Below are positions 1 through 11,356 of a DNA stretch of 64,000 nt, piece after piece; within the stretch, counting starts at the first letter, position 1, and each line of letters begins with the position of its first letter. Origin of the DNA: Azolla caroliniana (lineage: Eukaryota; Plantae; Polypodiophyta). The DNA is taken from the NCBI GenBank assembly GCA_043228905.1, contig JBHGNT010000017.1, forward strand, positions 10,602,001 to 10,666,000, written 5' to 3'. The notes below the pieces were generated by a model. That model searched no databases. It was not told the DNA's origin and saw only the letters and a program-made list of their open reading frames with translations. Position numbers and translations under genes: made by a program.

Positions 1-750
1 CTAAGTCCAAATCCGTGGCAACCCCACTCGATCATAATCTCAAACTAGATGCGAACTCCGGCACCAAAGCATATGAGCCGACTTAGTATCGGCAACTCAT
101 CGGGAGTCTCATCTACCTCACGATCACTCGACCCGATCTCAGTTATCCGGTCGGTCTCCTTAGTCAATTCATGCAAACACCGCGTGATACTCACTTTCGA
201 TTGTGGCATCCTCTACAAGACCGCGCTGCCAATACGACTCGAGGGGTACACCGACGCCGATTGGGCCGGCTACAAAGCCGATAGAAGATCAACCTCCGGA
301 TTTGTTTTCTCCCTCGGCAACGAAGCAATATCCTGGAGTAGCAAGAAGCAGCCTATCGTCGCTCTTTCGAGTACGGAGGCGGAATACAGGGGTGCAACCG
401 TAGCTGCATGTGAAGCCGTATGGCTCAAGAGGATTTTGAAGGATCTAGGCGTACCCATCAAGGATCCTACTCCCCTTTATTGTGACAACATGAGCAGTAT
501 CTATCTGGCTCGGAACCCGGTGTTCCACGCGCGGACAAAGCACATCGAAGTGCACTATCACTTCATCTGAGAGCGCGTTCTAGTTGGCGATGTCGACCTA
601 CAACACATTAGCACAAATCTTCAAACGGACGACATCTTCACTAAGGCTTTAGGAGCCTACAAGCTATGGCAATTCATGACCAATCTCGAATTAACGATCC
701 CTGACATGCCAAGCTTGAGGGGGAGTACGCAAGACACTACACAATAACGT
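1..750 (+). pseudogene. Copia pol RT/RNase H C-terminal remnant
   Basis: RNase H motifs as above, with an in-frame stop at 568-570 and disrupted frame upstream. Confidence 0.88.
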
Positions 751-798
751 GTGGATTCCGAAACCACGCAACGAAGCTGCGAAGAGCCAATCTACCGC

Positions 799-2276
799 TG
801 TCGCGAAAATACGACGAGGATACGTGAACGTTGAGGCAAGACCCCGGGGCCTTTCTCTAGAGGATATCAAATTCGTGTATTTATGTACTAAGAATTAACC
901 GAAATGAGAAAGATTAACAAATTTCATTAATAAAAGGGAAAGAAAGATTACAATCAATCCCAAGATTGGGATTACAAAAGTTTTATCTTATGGAGATGAT
1001 TAGAATAATAGATTAGAGGAAATAAGAGATTATGATTCTTGAGTGATATGGCTTTGACAATGAATTTTGGATTTTTAGAGATTGCTTCCGTATAGAAATT
1101 ATGGTTTACTTGAGAGATAGCTTCCGTAGGGAAGATTAGGGTTCTTGGCTTCGATAAGATAAGAGAGCTCCCAAAGAAAAGAAAAAAAAAAAATTATAAT
1201 ATGGAGAGTCTTCGTGTAGAAAAAAAAATGGAATAAATATGGAGTTGTCTCTTGATCATAGCCTTTTCACTTTTTGTTGCATGGCCTCTACTTTTAGTTG
1301 CCTAGCTTTTTCTTTTGGTTGCATGTGACTGTCCACATGACCTTTACTTTTTCCATGCACTCCCTTCTTTAGTTGCTTGCGTCCACATGGCCTTTACTTT
1401 AGTTCTCTTCACTTTACTTTAGTTTGTTGCATGATCCAATCTTTCGTCCGTCCGCGTCCAACATCGTCCGGTAGCCGGTTCCATTTTACTTGCCGGTCGG
1501 TTCCGGTTCCGATTTTGCTTGCCGTCCAGTTCCGGTTTGCTTGCCGGTTCCGGTTCCATTTTGCTTGCCGGTCGGTTCCGGTTCCAATTTTGCTTGCCGT
1601 CCAATTCCGATTTGCTTGCCGGTTCCGGTTCCGGTTTTGCTTGCCGGCAGGTTCCGGTTTGCTTGCCGGTTCCGGTTCCAGTTTGCTTGCCGGTTCCGGT
1701 TCCGGTTTTGCTTGCCGGCAAGTTCCGGTTTGCTTGCCGGTTCTGGTTCCGGTTTTGCTTACCGGCCGATTTTCGGTTTGCATACCCGTTCCGGTTCCGG
1801 TTTTGCTTACCGGCCGGTTTCCGGTTTTGCTTGCCAGCCGGTTTGCATACCCGTTCCGGTTCCGGTTTTGCATACCGGCCCATTTCCGGATTGCATACCG
1901 GCCCGTTTCCGGATTTGCTTACCGGCCCGTTTCCGAATTTGCTTGTAGGCCGGTTTCCGGTTTTAGGGAATTTGGCCACCATCATCCATCAAGACAAAGT
2001 GGCCAAAGTGCTCTTAGCACAAATGAAAAATGAGGGAGCTCAAGGTGTTTATATAGCCAGGGCCTTAAATTTCCTATCTATGTGGGATAGTTCTAATTTC
2101 TCTATCTAATCAAACTTCATTTTCTCATAACTTGATATGTATTTCTCCATTTTGTATATAGTAAAATACATTTTGAAGCTCTTGAGTATATCCATCTTTC
2201 TATAGTAAGCTACTAATCTAATCTATAATAATTATTTCATTATTTTTTTACATAGTGTGTGAAGATTCACACGACA
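799..2276 (-). repeat. 3' LTR of Gypsy element (1478 bp)
   Basis: Direct repeat of 8029-9059; contains the expanded CCGG-rich array. Confidence 0.93.
1470..1965. repeat. CCGGTT/TTGCTTGCCGG minisatellite inside LTR
   Basis: Many degenerate copies of TTCCGGTTCCGGTTTTGCTTGCCG; only about 110 bp of it in the partner LTR (8640-8750). Confidence 0.9.
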
Positions 2277-2343
2277 TTCGCCCCCACCAAACCTGCACAT
2301 CGACCGGTATGTGCCAATTTTGGTGAGGATTCATTTTTGTTTA

Positions 2344-5300
2344 CTATACTTTTTTATCGATGCTTAAGACTAAATCGTCAAAAGCTTCGAATCCAATTTC
2401 TATTCTATCTCTTCTCTTGAAGATCTTGATTCTTTTACCGGCAATTAGCAAGGCAAGTGGTGTACCATCCAATTCTACTAAATGATATGTTGCATTATCT
2501 TCCACTTTCTTCACCACATATGGCCCAAACCATCGTTGTGAGAATTTTCGAGCCGTACTATGTTGGTTATCTAGGCTACTGTCATAGACTAGCACCCAAT
2601 CTCCTTCAACGATTTTCCTCGGCCGAAGTCGATGTCGTTTATCGAAGTCTTTCTTGTTCTTTAGCCTTGCATTCTTTAGCCGCGCTTTAGCCACCTCTAC
2701 ATCTTCCAAATTCCGCTCTAATTGTCGAATCCTCAATGCTAGAAGATCTTCTCTACTTATCTCATCTTGCCATGGCAATGCAAACCATGAAATAATACTT
2801 TGTTCTACCGGCATTATTGGCTTTTGTCCGAATATGAGCTCTGTCGGCATGTATCCCATCACTGTGCTATGAGTAGTCCTGTCAGCCCATAATGCAAATG
2901 GCAATAGACGTGGCCATTCTCCTATTTTCCCATGGCAAGCTTTCACTAGAGCCTTCACAATCGGTCCATGTCCACGTTCCACCTTCCCATTTGCTTCCGG
3001 ATTATACGCCATGGTAAGAGATAATTTGATTCCCATCCTCGAGAAGAATTCTCTAGCTTCATTGGCGTCCAACTCGCCTCTATCAGCCACTATCTTGCTA
3101 ACCCATCCATATCTGCAAATAACATCTTCAAGAAGGAATCGGCATACCGATGATGTCTCCTTAGTTCTTAATGCTCGCCCTTCAACTTGATTGGTAAGTT
3201 CCTCTCTCGCGAGCACAAGATACTTCATCTGCCATCATCCCATTGGCATCATCACTATGTCAACCATCCACTTGTAATGCATAGCCAACGGGTAAGTCGG
3301 ATGAAGTCCATCTCGATGGCGAATATTCGAAAACATTTGACATTCCTTACATGTTTCCACATAAGCTAATACATCTTTGTAGATGCCCGGCCACCAATAT
3401 TTCTCCTTAAGCTTCGCAAACGTAGCCCATATTCCTCGATGGCCTGCAAAAACGCTATCATGAAATTCGGACATTAGTTTTTGTTGGTCTTCTAGCTTGC
3501 AGACAACTCTCATCGGAGTCCCATTCTTCTTTTTTGCATGCTTCCAAAGAGCTCCATCCTTAAGGAAATACTTGTATGCTTTCTTCCGAATTCGATGGAA
3601 GTCTTCCGTCGACCATGATTCATCTTTTTGGAGAGAACTCAAGTATTTCCCGATCTCCACGAATTCGCCTTCGTAGTCCTCTTCTATGAAAGTAATCAAC
3701 ACCCGAGCATAGGAACTTGCAAAGAAATCCAGGCCAACATCATCTTCATCAGAATGTCGATCTTCTTCTCCGTCGTATTTCGCTCGTGATAGCATGTCTG
3801 CAACGACATTACGCTTCCCAGCTACATGACGGATCTCCGGGTTGAGTGATTTGATATATGCAATCCAACGCAACATGGCAATAATCGGTGTATTACAACC
3901 AGATATCATACCTAAAATTGGTAGGCAATCTGTCTCAATTATGACTTCTGCTTCTGCTCCAATAAGGTAATCACGATCAGATTTGATTGCCGAGACGATC
4001 CCCCATAGCTCCCTCTTCACTTGGGCATACCTTCTTTGCCTGTCACTTAACAGTTTCGCGCCAAACCGAATTGCATATCGGTTGCAATCTTCATCTTCTT
4101 GGTTGATAACCCATCCAATTCCAATTGGACTAGTATCCACAGTCACGAAAATGGGCTTGCCGTATGAATAGTCCGCTTTCCGTAATGCAGGTGCCTCCAT
4201 CAAAAATTTCTTCAGCCTTCGGATGGCGATTGTATGCTCGCTCGTCCATTCGAACATCCGCTTCTTCTTTAGTAGACCATATAATGGCTCAGCAATGTGG
4301 GCGTAGTGTAGAATCCAAATATGATAAAATGTGCATGCTCCAAGGAACCTTCGAACCTCCGTTTGGGTTACACATTCTTCTTTCATGTCTTGAATTGCAT
4401 TCACCTTGGATGGCGAAGGCTTCCGACCGTATGCTCCACACAAGTGACCTACCACCAAGATCTCCGGTTGCCCGAATGCGGATTTTTCTCCCGAAAATGT
4501 CAAATTCGCATCTTCGAGCCTTTGGAGCACCTTCTCGCAATCTTTCATATGATCCATGACGAACTTTCTACATCCATCCTTATCTTTTGATTCATCCTTC
4601 TCTTCATCCGAACATCCTTTTATTGGAATATCATCTAAGAATGGCATCGTGATATCCGGGATGCAATCCTTCAAGACCTTGTTCATGGCATTCACCATAT
4701 GAGCCACCGAGTTCGTTGCGCCTTGAGGTAAGGTACACATCCGCACCAACCCGATTGGAGTTTTCATGGTTGTAATGTCACGACTGTCGACCGCCAACTG
4801 GAATTGATCGTAGCTAGAGTAAAGATCGCCGATGGAGTAGATGGACCGGCCCGCAAACGCCTCGGCAAATTCATCCACACTCGGACCTATTCCAGCATTC
4901 CAAATTGTCACCTTGTTGACGGGTTGAAGATCTTGAATGAATCGCAACGATCCATTCTTCTTTGGCACCGTGAACCACCTATTAGAATAAGGAGCGTTCG
5001 ACGGTTCTAGAATTCCCATCCTCACCTTCTCCTTTAAGAGCTCGATCAGCTTCGGTAAGTGTGCTCTCGGAACCGGTATCGGTTTCAAATTCCAAGGCAC
5101 ATGCGGCACCATGAAGATCACCATTGGTTCTACCGTCCTTGGATTAGCACACCCGATTTCTTGTGGGAAAAACGCGAAAGCCTTCCCATGTCTTTCAAGC
5201 ATTCCACGAAACATCCGCTCCTTTTCAGGGAGGAGGAAATCCTCCCTTCCAACTCGTAGCTTTCCCTTCGTCTCTTCAGTGAAGATGTGACCAATTTATT

Positions 5301-5804
5301 TGGGTTCCTTAAGCTTGGATCTTTTGCAACTTCCTTCATCTTTTGCCAGCTATCTTCCGGTAGCGGAATTGCAACTGGCTTGATCTTCCTATCCACAGTT
5401 TTATATTTTGTGTTGACTTCGACTTCCTCTATCAAGATGCCTCGATGATATTCATGGATGATAGTATACATGTTGACGGAGTTAACCGAAATCACATGTC
5501 GATGGTGAGGATAGCTCAAATCCACGAGTTCCTCTATTTCACCGATGGTGTCATTAAATGAGGCTTCCTCCAGAATATATGACACGAATTCTTCTTCTTC
5601 GATTATGCTTTCTTCTTTCAGCACCTCCTCGAAGTCTTGTATCTGACACTTTTCCTTCTTGTTGAGTAGTCTAAGTTTGCATGCGCTGCCAGGTGTGACG
5701 CATGTTGCTTCTCCTTGCAATCCACGCACTTTGCTTCCTTGTGGGGACTTATGATTGCTCGGACTATTTGTGCCCCATGCTTCAATAGTCCGCTTCAAAA
5801 ATCC
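2344..5804 (-). pseudogene. Gypsy pol (RT-RNase H-integrase), lightly disabled
   Basis: RT LPQGATNS...FLDD; RNase H VDTS...KRELWG...ETDCLP...VADMLSR; integrase H-H-C-C (H..GHRG..CKEC) and ADRGE..NGKVER. One frameshift near 5295 and an in-frame TGA at 3235-3237. Confidence 0.92.
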
Positions 5805-8011
5805 GAGGATTCGCCTCCAAGGCTATCTCGGTTCCTTTCATGATTAGCTCGAACCGTCAGGAATTGAACGGATCTTTTACTATCAAGACTCTTGACGCGC
5901 GCGAAGGCTGCTCCATTATCGAACACCTTGGTCTCCATCCGGGACGATGTTATATATGGTTGTCCTAGGATGACGGAATGTGAAGCCGAGTCTTGCACGA
6001 AGAAGTGTTGATCAATCTCTACATCCCCGATCGTGACTTTAACGTTGGGGCAAGCTCCATACAAGTCCTCTGTAGCCTTCGTCGCCGCTCGAATCTTCCA
6101 TCCGTGGTTTGTATTAATCGGCCATCTTCCTTTCTTATAGAACTCGGTCGACATGAGGTTGATCTCAGAGCCATGGTCAATCAAAGTGACCATGGTCTCT
6201 TTCTTCTCCCCGATCTTCATCGGTGTCTCCGTTGTCGCTCTTGCCCAATGAGGCCGCGAGTAATGGCTATCCACCACCACTTCTTCTTCCTCCTCCTCTT
6301 CCGATCTTGCCATGGTTATGGCACTTTTTTTGACCTCCTCTTCATCAGATTGTTGTCGCTTCCTCTTAATAAGGTCCACGATAGTATCATGGAACTCCTT
6401 CTTCGCGATCCCAAGTAGCTCTCTCAAGGTAAGGTCGACATGACTATCTAAAACCTTCTCCTCAAGGACCTTCCGCAAGTTAGTTGTTTGTTCTATGTCC
6501 GACCTTAGCTTGTAAGTCGGCGCTGCTCGTTCTTTTCCTTTCTTCGTTGATTCTTCGACTTCCATCCGAGCAGGTTGGCTCGATCCACCGGGATTCATGT
6601 TTGTTTCACCAATCTCTTTTCTTGGGATAGGTTGGGGTGGCCCTTCTTTCCCTCCGTTCCTCGTGTTAGGTCGCTTTGATGTACCATCTTCTTCACCGGT
6701 TCTCTTCCTCTTCTCTTCGACAAGGGCTTCATAGGTGTCACACACAACCTCCACAAAGCTTGTGTTTTCGTCGATTGGATCTGACCATCCGGTTGCTCGT
6801 CGCACGTTTCGGTCAGCAAGTTTTAGATCCTCCGAATTGATTTTGCCTTTTTCTTCGCACTCGAAGACCGTTGGCCAAAACCCAACTCCTGGCTTTATCA
6901 TTTTAAGATTCTCTTTTCCAACTCGTATCCCAGCCGAAGCGGCATAGTGCATAGCCTCCACATGCCTTGCATCTTCTTCTTCTACAATCTTTTTCAGCCC
7001 ACCTCTTCCGAAGTTCACTCGTAGTGGCTTCCGGGTCTCGCTCGAGTGAATCATGTTGCCGTCCAAATAGACAACATTCTTCCGGATCGCATCTTGCAAG
7101 TCAGCACATTCCCTTCGTGAGTGTTCAAAGCTATCGCACCACACACATCTATACGCTTCTTTTCCCTTGGGCCCGCGTCGACCTAAGTTGGCTAGCGATA
7201 CCGCTTCAAACTTCTTGGAGAGCTCTTCGATTATAGACTCCTCCATTGCTTTCTTGTCGAAATTGTTGATTGGCTTACTAGGCTCAATCGTCGTAGGTGC
7301 CTTCTTCCACAATTGTGGATTCTCGACCTCAGCTTCCTCTTGCCATTGTCGCCGCTTATCAAAACGGCTGCAAGCCTTCTTCACCGCCGCCCAGTCTGCT
7401 ACCAAACCATTTGGTTGTGTTTCGTCCTCCATGAAACTACCCAATTCTCGCCGATCTTTCGCATCCATTGCCTTTAGGAATAGTAAGACTTTATCTCCGT
7501 CGAGAACTCGTTGCTCGACACTCGGAAGTTGGTTGTACTTCTGGTCGAATTCGGCATAAATTCCCGATGCACACAGATTCTTCCCTTTCTTCTCGATCCA
7601 ATTCATTAATGTATGCCGAGTCATCCGCGATGCGTCTTCAAGCATGTATTCAGTGAGAAGAGCCCTTTCGAACTCCGCCCAAGTTGCATGCTCGTTTTGG
7701 ATCTCCATCACGCGCTCACGGATCCCGGGTTCTACCACACGCTTAAAGCTTGAAATTTGTTTTGGATCATGGACATCTCTTTGTTGCATCTCATTCCGGT
7801 AGGTAGCAAGGAAATTTGTGATGTTCTTCCCACCGAATCTTCCAACTGTCTCCACAGTTCGGTCAACAGCTTTGTCGACTAAAGCCTCCTGATCTCTCTC
7901 TTTCAGCATGAATTCGACGACGGACACCATGCCTTTCGTCAATTCTTCTCCTTGAGTTCCACTTGTCGAAGCCATCTTCGTACTTGATATCCTCCTACTG
8001 CCTCGTTTCAT
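5795..8011 (-). CDS. Gypsy Gag-protease ORF
   Basis: Open ORF with zinc knuckle CVWCDSFEHSRREC and aspartic protease LIDHGSEINLM...VILGQPY. Start is either the ATG in the PBS (8011) or MASTSG at about 7975. Confidence 0.88.
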   Translation of the reverse strand: MKRGSRRISSTKMASTSGTQGEELTKGMVSVVEFMLKERDQEALVDKAVDRTVETVGRFGGKNITNFLATYRNEMQQRDVHDPKQISSFKRVVEPGIRERVMEIQNEHATWAEFERALLTEYMLEDASRMTRHTLMNWIEKKGKNLCASGIYAEFDQKYNQLPSVEQRVLDGDKVLLFLKAMDAKDRRELGSFMEDETQPNGLVADWAAVKKACSRFDKRRQWQEEAEVENPQLWKKAPTTIEPSKPINNFDKKAMEESIIEELSKKFEAVSLANLGRRGPKGKEAYRCVWCDSFEHSRRECADLQDAIRKNVVYLDGNMIHSSETRKPLRVNFGRGGLKKIVEEEDARHVEAMHYAASAGIRVGKENLKMIKPGVGFWPTVFECEEKGKINSEDLKLADRNVRRATGWSDPIDENTSFVEVVCDTYEALVEEKRKRTGEEDGTSKRPNTRNGGKEGPPQPIPRKEIGETNMNPGGSSQPARMEVEESTKKGKERAAPTYKLRSDIEQTTNLRKVLEEKVLDSHVDLTLRELLGIAKKEFHDTIVDLIKRKRQQSDEEEVKKSAITMARSEEEEEEEVVVDSHYSRPHWARATTETPMKIGEKKETMVTLIDHGSEINLMSTEFYKKGRWPINTNHGWKIRAATKATEDLYGACPNVKVTIGDVEIDQHFFVQDSASHSVILGQPYITSSRMETKVFDNGAAFARVKSLDSKRSVQFLTVRANHERNRDSLGGESSDF

Positions 8012-8024
8012 GTCGGGTTCACCA
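8008..8024 (-). promoter_or_regulatory. Primer binding site complementary to tRNA-Trp
   Basis: TGGTGAACCCGACATGA, 4 nt from the LTR end. Plant tRNA-Trp(CCA) 3' end recalled as ...TTCACGTCGGGTTCACCA (1 mismatch). Confidence 0.8.
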
Positions 8025-8028
8025 AAGA

Positions 8029-9059
8029 TGTCGCGAAAATACGACGAGGATACGTGAACGTTGAGGCGGGACCCCGGGGTCTCCGACCAGAGGATAATCA
8101 CATTTGTGCGTTTATATTTTTAACAATTAATAGAAAGAAGAAATTTAATAATTTTCATTAACAAAGGAAAAAGAAATTACAATATGTCCCAAGATTGGGA
8201 TTTAGAAGTTTTAGGTTTACTAAGATTAATAGAAAAGAAAAATTAGGGGTTTTGAGAGATATGGCTTCCGTAGGGAAGATTAGGGTTTTTGAATGTTATG
8301 GCTTCCGTAGGGAATTTTAGGGTTTATGAGAGTTATGGCTTCCCTAAGATAAGAGAGTTGAGAAGGACAAGAAAATTAAGATAATATGGAAAGTGAGTCC
8401 TAGTGTAGGAAAAAAAATGGAATAAATATGGAGTTCTCCCTTGATCATAGCCTTTCCACTTTTTGTTGCATGGCCTCTACTTTTAGTTGCCTAGCTTTTT
8501 CTTTTGGTTGCATGTGACTGTCCACATGACCTTTACTTTTTCCATGCACTCCAACTTTAGTTGCTTGCGTCCACATGGCCTTTACTTTAGTTTGTTGCAT
8601 GATCCAATCTTTCGTCCGTCCGCGTCCAACCTCGTCCAGTAGCCGGTTCCATTTTGCTTGTCGGCCGGATTCGGTTCCATTTTGCTTGTCGGCCGGATTT
8701 GCTTACCGGCCCGTTTCCGGATTTGCTTACAGGCCCGTTTCCGGTTTTAGGGAATTTGGCCACCATCATCCATCAAGACAAAGTGGCCAAAGTGCTCTTA
8801 GCACAAATGAAAAATGAGGGAGCTCAAGGTGTTTATATAGCCAGGGCCTTAAATTTCCTATCTATGTGGGATAGTTCTAATTTCTCTATCTAATCAAACT
8901 TCATTTTCTTATAACTTGATATGTATTTCTCCATTTTGTATATAGTAAAATACATTTTGAAGCTCTTGAGTATATCCATCTTTCTATAGTAAGCTACTAA
9001 TCTAATCTATAATAATTATTTCATTATTTTTTTACATAGTGTGTGAAGATTCACAGACA
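8029..9059 (-). repeat. 5' LTR of Gypsy element (1031 bp)
   Basis: Direct repeat of 799-2276; adjacent to the PBS. Confidence 0.93.
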
Positions 9060-9250
9060 CCGCTCAAAGCCGCGAAGAAAGACGCAAGCCGAAGCACAGA
9101 CCCCGCAACTACGCACAACGCAAGCTGGAGCATGGATTCCGCAACTCCGCATAAAACAAGTCAACGCGAGTCAACGCGGACACCGGAACGCGAGTCGAAG
9201 TGGATTTCGGATACCGTCTGAAACCAACCCGACTTGAGCTTGAGGGGGCG

Positions 9251-9637
9251 TGTTGAGAATCAAGCTCAACTTGGTCTAGTGTGTGAACTCACCTTGAGAG
9301 TGAATAGACACTCCAACGGTCAAGAGTCACCATGAAGTCACCACTTTGTATTCTAGCATTTAGTATGAGTCATAGAATCATATTCTATGACACATAACTT
9401 ATGAGCTTTCACATTCCCCATGCTCCATGAGTCTTGTAGTTAATGAAGAGAGAGGGTGACTACATAAAGCACCCTCCTCCCACCTTGTATAATGTTGAGT
9501 CTTTCTCCTTTGTCAATATACTTTTACCTTGCGTATTCTCTGTGTTTCACTCACTCACTCTCTCTCTCTCTCTCTTACACACATACATAACTCACATCTC
9601 TTCCGCTTCACAAGAATCCATCTCTTGATTCTTTACA
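9251..9637 (+). repeat. Copia 3' LTR
   Basis: TG directly after the PPT, CA end. Start TGTTGAGnnnCAAGCTCAAC is shared with LTR ends at 45766(-) and 56128(-). Confidence 0.8.
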
Positions 9638-9930
9638 CTATCGTTTATCCTTATCCTTTGCTTACATTAGTACATATCTCTAATAGTTGGTATCCGAGCT
9701 CATGTTCTAATGTTTCTTTTGTTGTCTTTGGTGTTCTTGATTGATGGTGATCGATCGATGTGCAGTCTGCCTTGATTCAGACAACGATCAACAAAGAACT
9801 TCGGTAACTCTTTCCTGTTTTTTTTCTATTTTTTCTTCTCCCATCTAATCATGTATCTGTTCTATATGTAATTTTTTCCATTAATTCAATGATGTTGTAG
9901 TGGTAATTAATTGGTTGTATAAAACGTTTA

Positions 9931-10200
9931 CATCTGTGTATGAGGTCAATACCTCATTTGACATATGTTGAATATGTGATTAATGTCGTATGCACACGAG
10001 GTTAATACCTCAATTGCGTATTACGCTCACATACATATGTTACGTATGCGTATGAGGTCAATATCTCGATTTTGTTGTAAATGATATACGTTTGGTCTCG
10101 TATGTGTAAGAGGTCAATACCTCAATTGCGTATCACGATGAACCCTTATTTTTGGATGTTTTGTGTGTGTAGAGGGTATATGCCTCGATTACGTATCTCG
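9931..10200 (+). repeat. 56-nt-period array of palindromic GAGGTYAATACCTC units in chromovirus 5' leader
   Basis: Core at 9942, 9998, 10054 and 10110, with a degenerate fifth at 10172. Confidence 0.8.
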
Positions 10201-11356
10201 ATTACATCATTTCTGGCTATTTGATGTAAAAATTTGTTTAATGTACACATATGTGGTCACGTGTATACGTATTTGATCGTATATATGTGATAAGTAAACA
10301 TATGTGTATATTTGATATTACGTGATTTCTATCGAATGTTGTCCTTATTGGGAAAAGGATCTTGGTGGCCGTCCTCACATTTCTATGAGAATGGTGTTTT
10401 CACCATCCCTTTTTCAACAATTTTTTGTTGACATCCCCATTGGTCACTTCGATATTTGGTTACGTAATGAAACAATCATAGCGACAATGGTGTTCAGTAC
10501 TTCGGGCTTAACCCATTTCATTTGAGGTCGCTCCTATGACACACATATCCAACATCCCTCCCTCGTTACATGGATACGATGCCACCATGAGATCATTCTT
10601 ACGAAAGGCATTCGTAATGACATAACCATGTGATGGGCCACGTGGGCCTACTATGAAAACAGGGCTCATTTGGCTTGACCATTAGGTTGCATTGGTGTAT
10701 GCCATCGTAATTACGAGACTTGAGGTTAGGTAACGTACCAACAAAGTTTGTGGTAAATGAGGGGGAAATAAGGACTCTTGACATATATGTTTCTTTTAAA
10801 AAAACATATATGGGCAAATGCCTTGCATATCTCTTATACGCATAAAACATTAAACATTCAAAAAGAGCAACCTAATTGGTTAGCTCAAGTGTTTAATGCA
10901 TTTGTTCTCGAGGTCTCGAGTTCAAATATAACCAAGACCATACAACATGGTTGATACATATGACTATAACACATGTTTAGAATTGAGGTCTAAGTGCACT
11001 TCGGGGTCCTCGTAATAGGACTTAAAGAGCCGAAACCACATATGTGGGCACCGAAATTTTTTGTGTATAAACTATTCATGACGCGAACATACATGGTTGA
11101 CCCTCTGGGAGCCACCATGAAAAAAATCGATATAGAGATCAAGGAAAGACATTTATTTGTCACCCCCATGGTTTTTAAAACACCTTTGTGTTACCATAGT
11201 AACCTAATCTTGAACCTCATCTCATACGTCTAGACGGGTATTGACGTGAGATCATGATATCGATTAATGTTTGTCCATGATATGTTTACATCACGACATG
11301 ATGTTATGACTATTTGTCTAACCTTATCCTATTTCTTTGCCAAAAATAATCATTCA

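Larger units (their letters stand above)
799..9059 (-). mobile_element. Near full-length non-chromovirus Ty3/Gypsy retrotransposon, tRNA-Trp primed
   Basis: LTRs 8029-9059 (5') and 799-2276 (3') with TGTC...GACA termini. 4-bp TSD CCGC (795-798, 9060-9063). PBS at 8008-8024, PPT at about 2277-2290. Domain order gag-PR, RT-RH-INT. Confidence 0.95.
1..9637 (+). mobile_element. Ty1/Copia LTR retrotransposon, 3' part (RT/RNase H end, 3' spacer, 3' LTR), interrupted by a Gypsy at 799-9059
   Basis: ORF 49-570 carries Copia motifs YTDADWAG...RSTSG...WSSKKQ...SSTEAEY...CDN...RTKHIEVHYHF. PPT GAGGGGGCG at 9242-9250, then LTR TGTTG...TTACA at 9251-9637. The right flank resumes a chromovirus LTR. Confidence 0.88.

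Noticed and set aside
1377-2109. Overlapping 150-218 aa ORFs in five frames
   Set aside because: Produced by the stop-free CCGG minisatellite inside an LTR; low complexity, no domain.
3235-3237. Programmed stop readthrough in integrase
   Set aside because: It lies inside the integrase domain; a nonsense mutation is more likely in a decaying copy.
5285-5300. Second programmed frameshift in Gypsy pol
   Set aside because: AAATAAAT is not a canonical slippery site; loss of one A is the simpler explanation.
9931-10200. True CRISPR array
   Set aside because: Eukaryotic retrotransposon context, degenerate repeats and no cas genes; reported only as a hairpin array.
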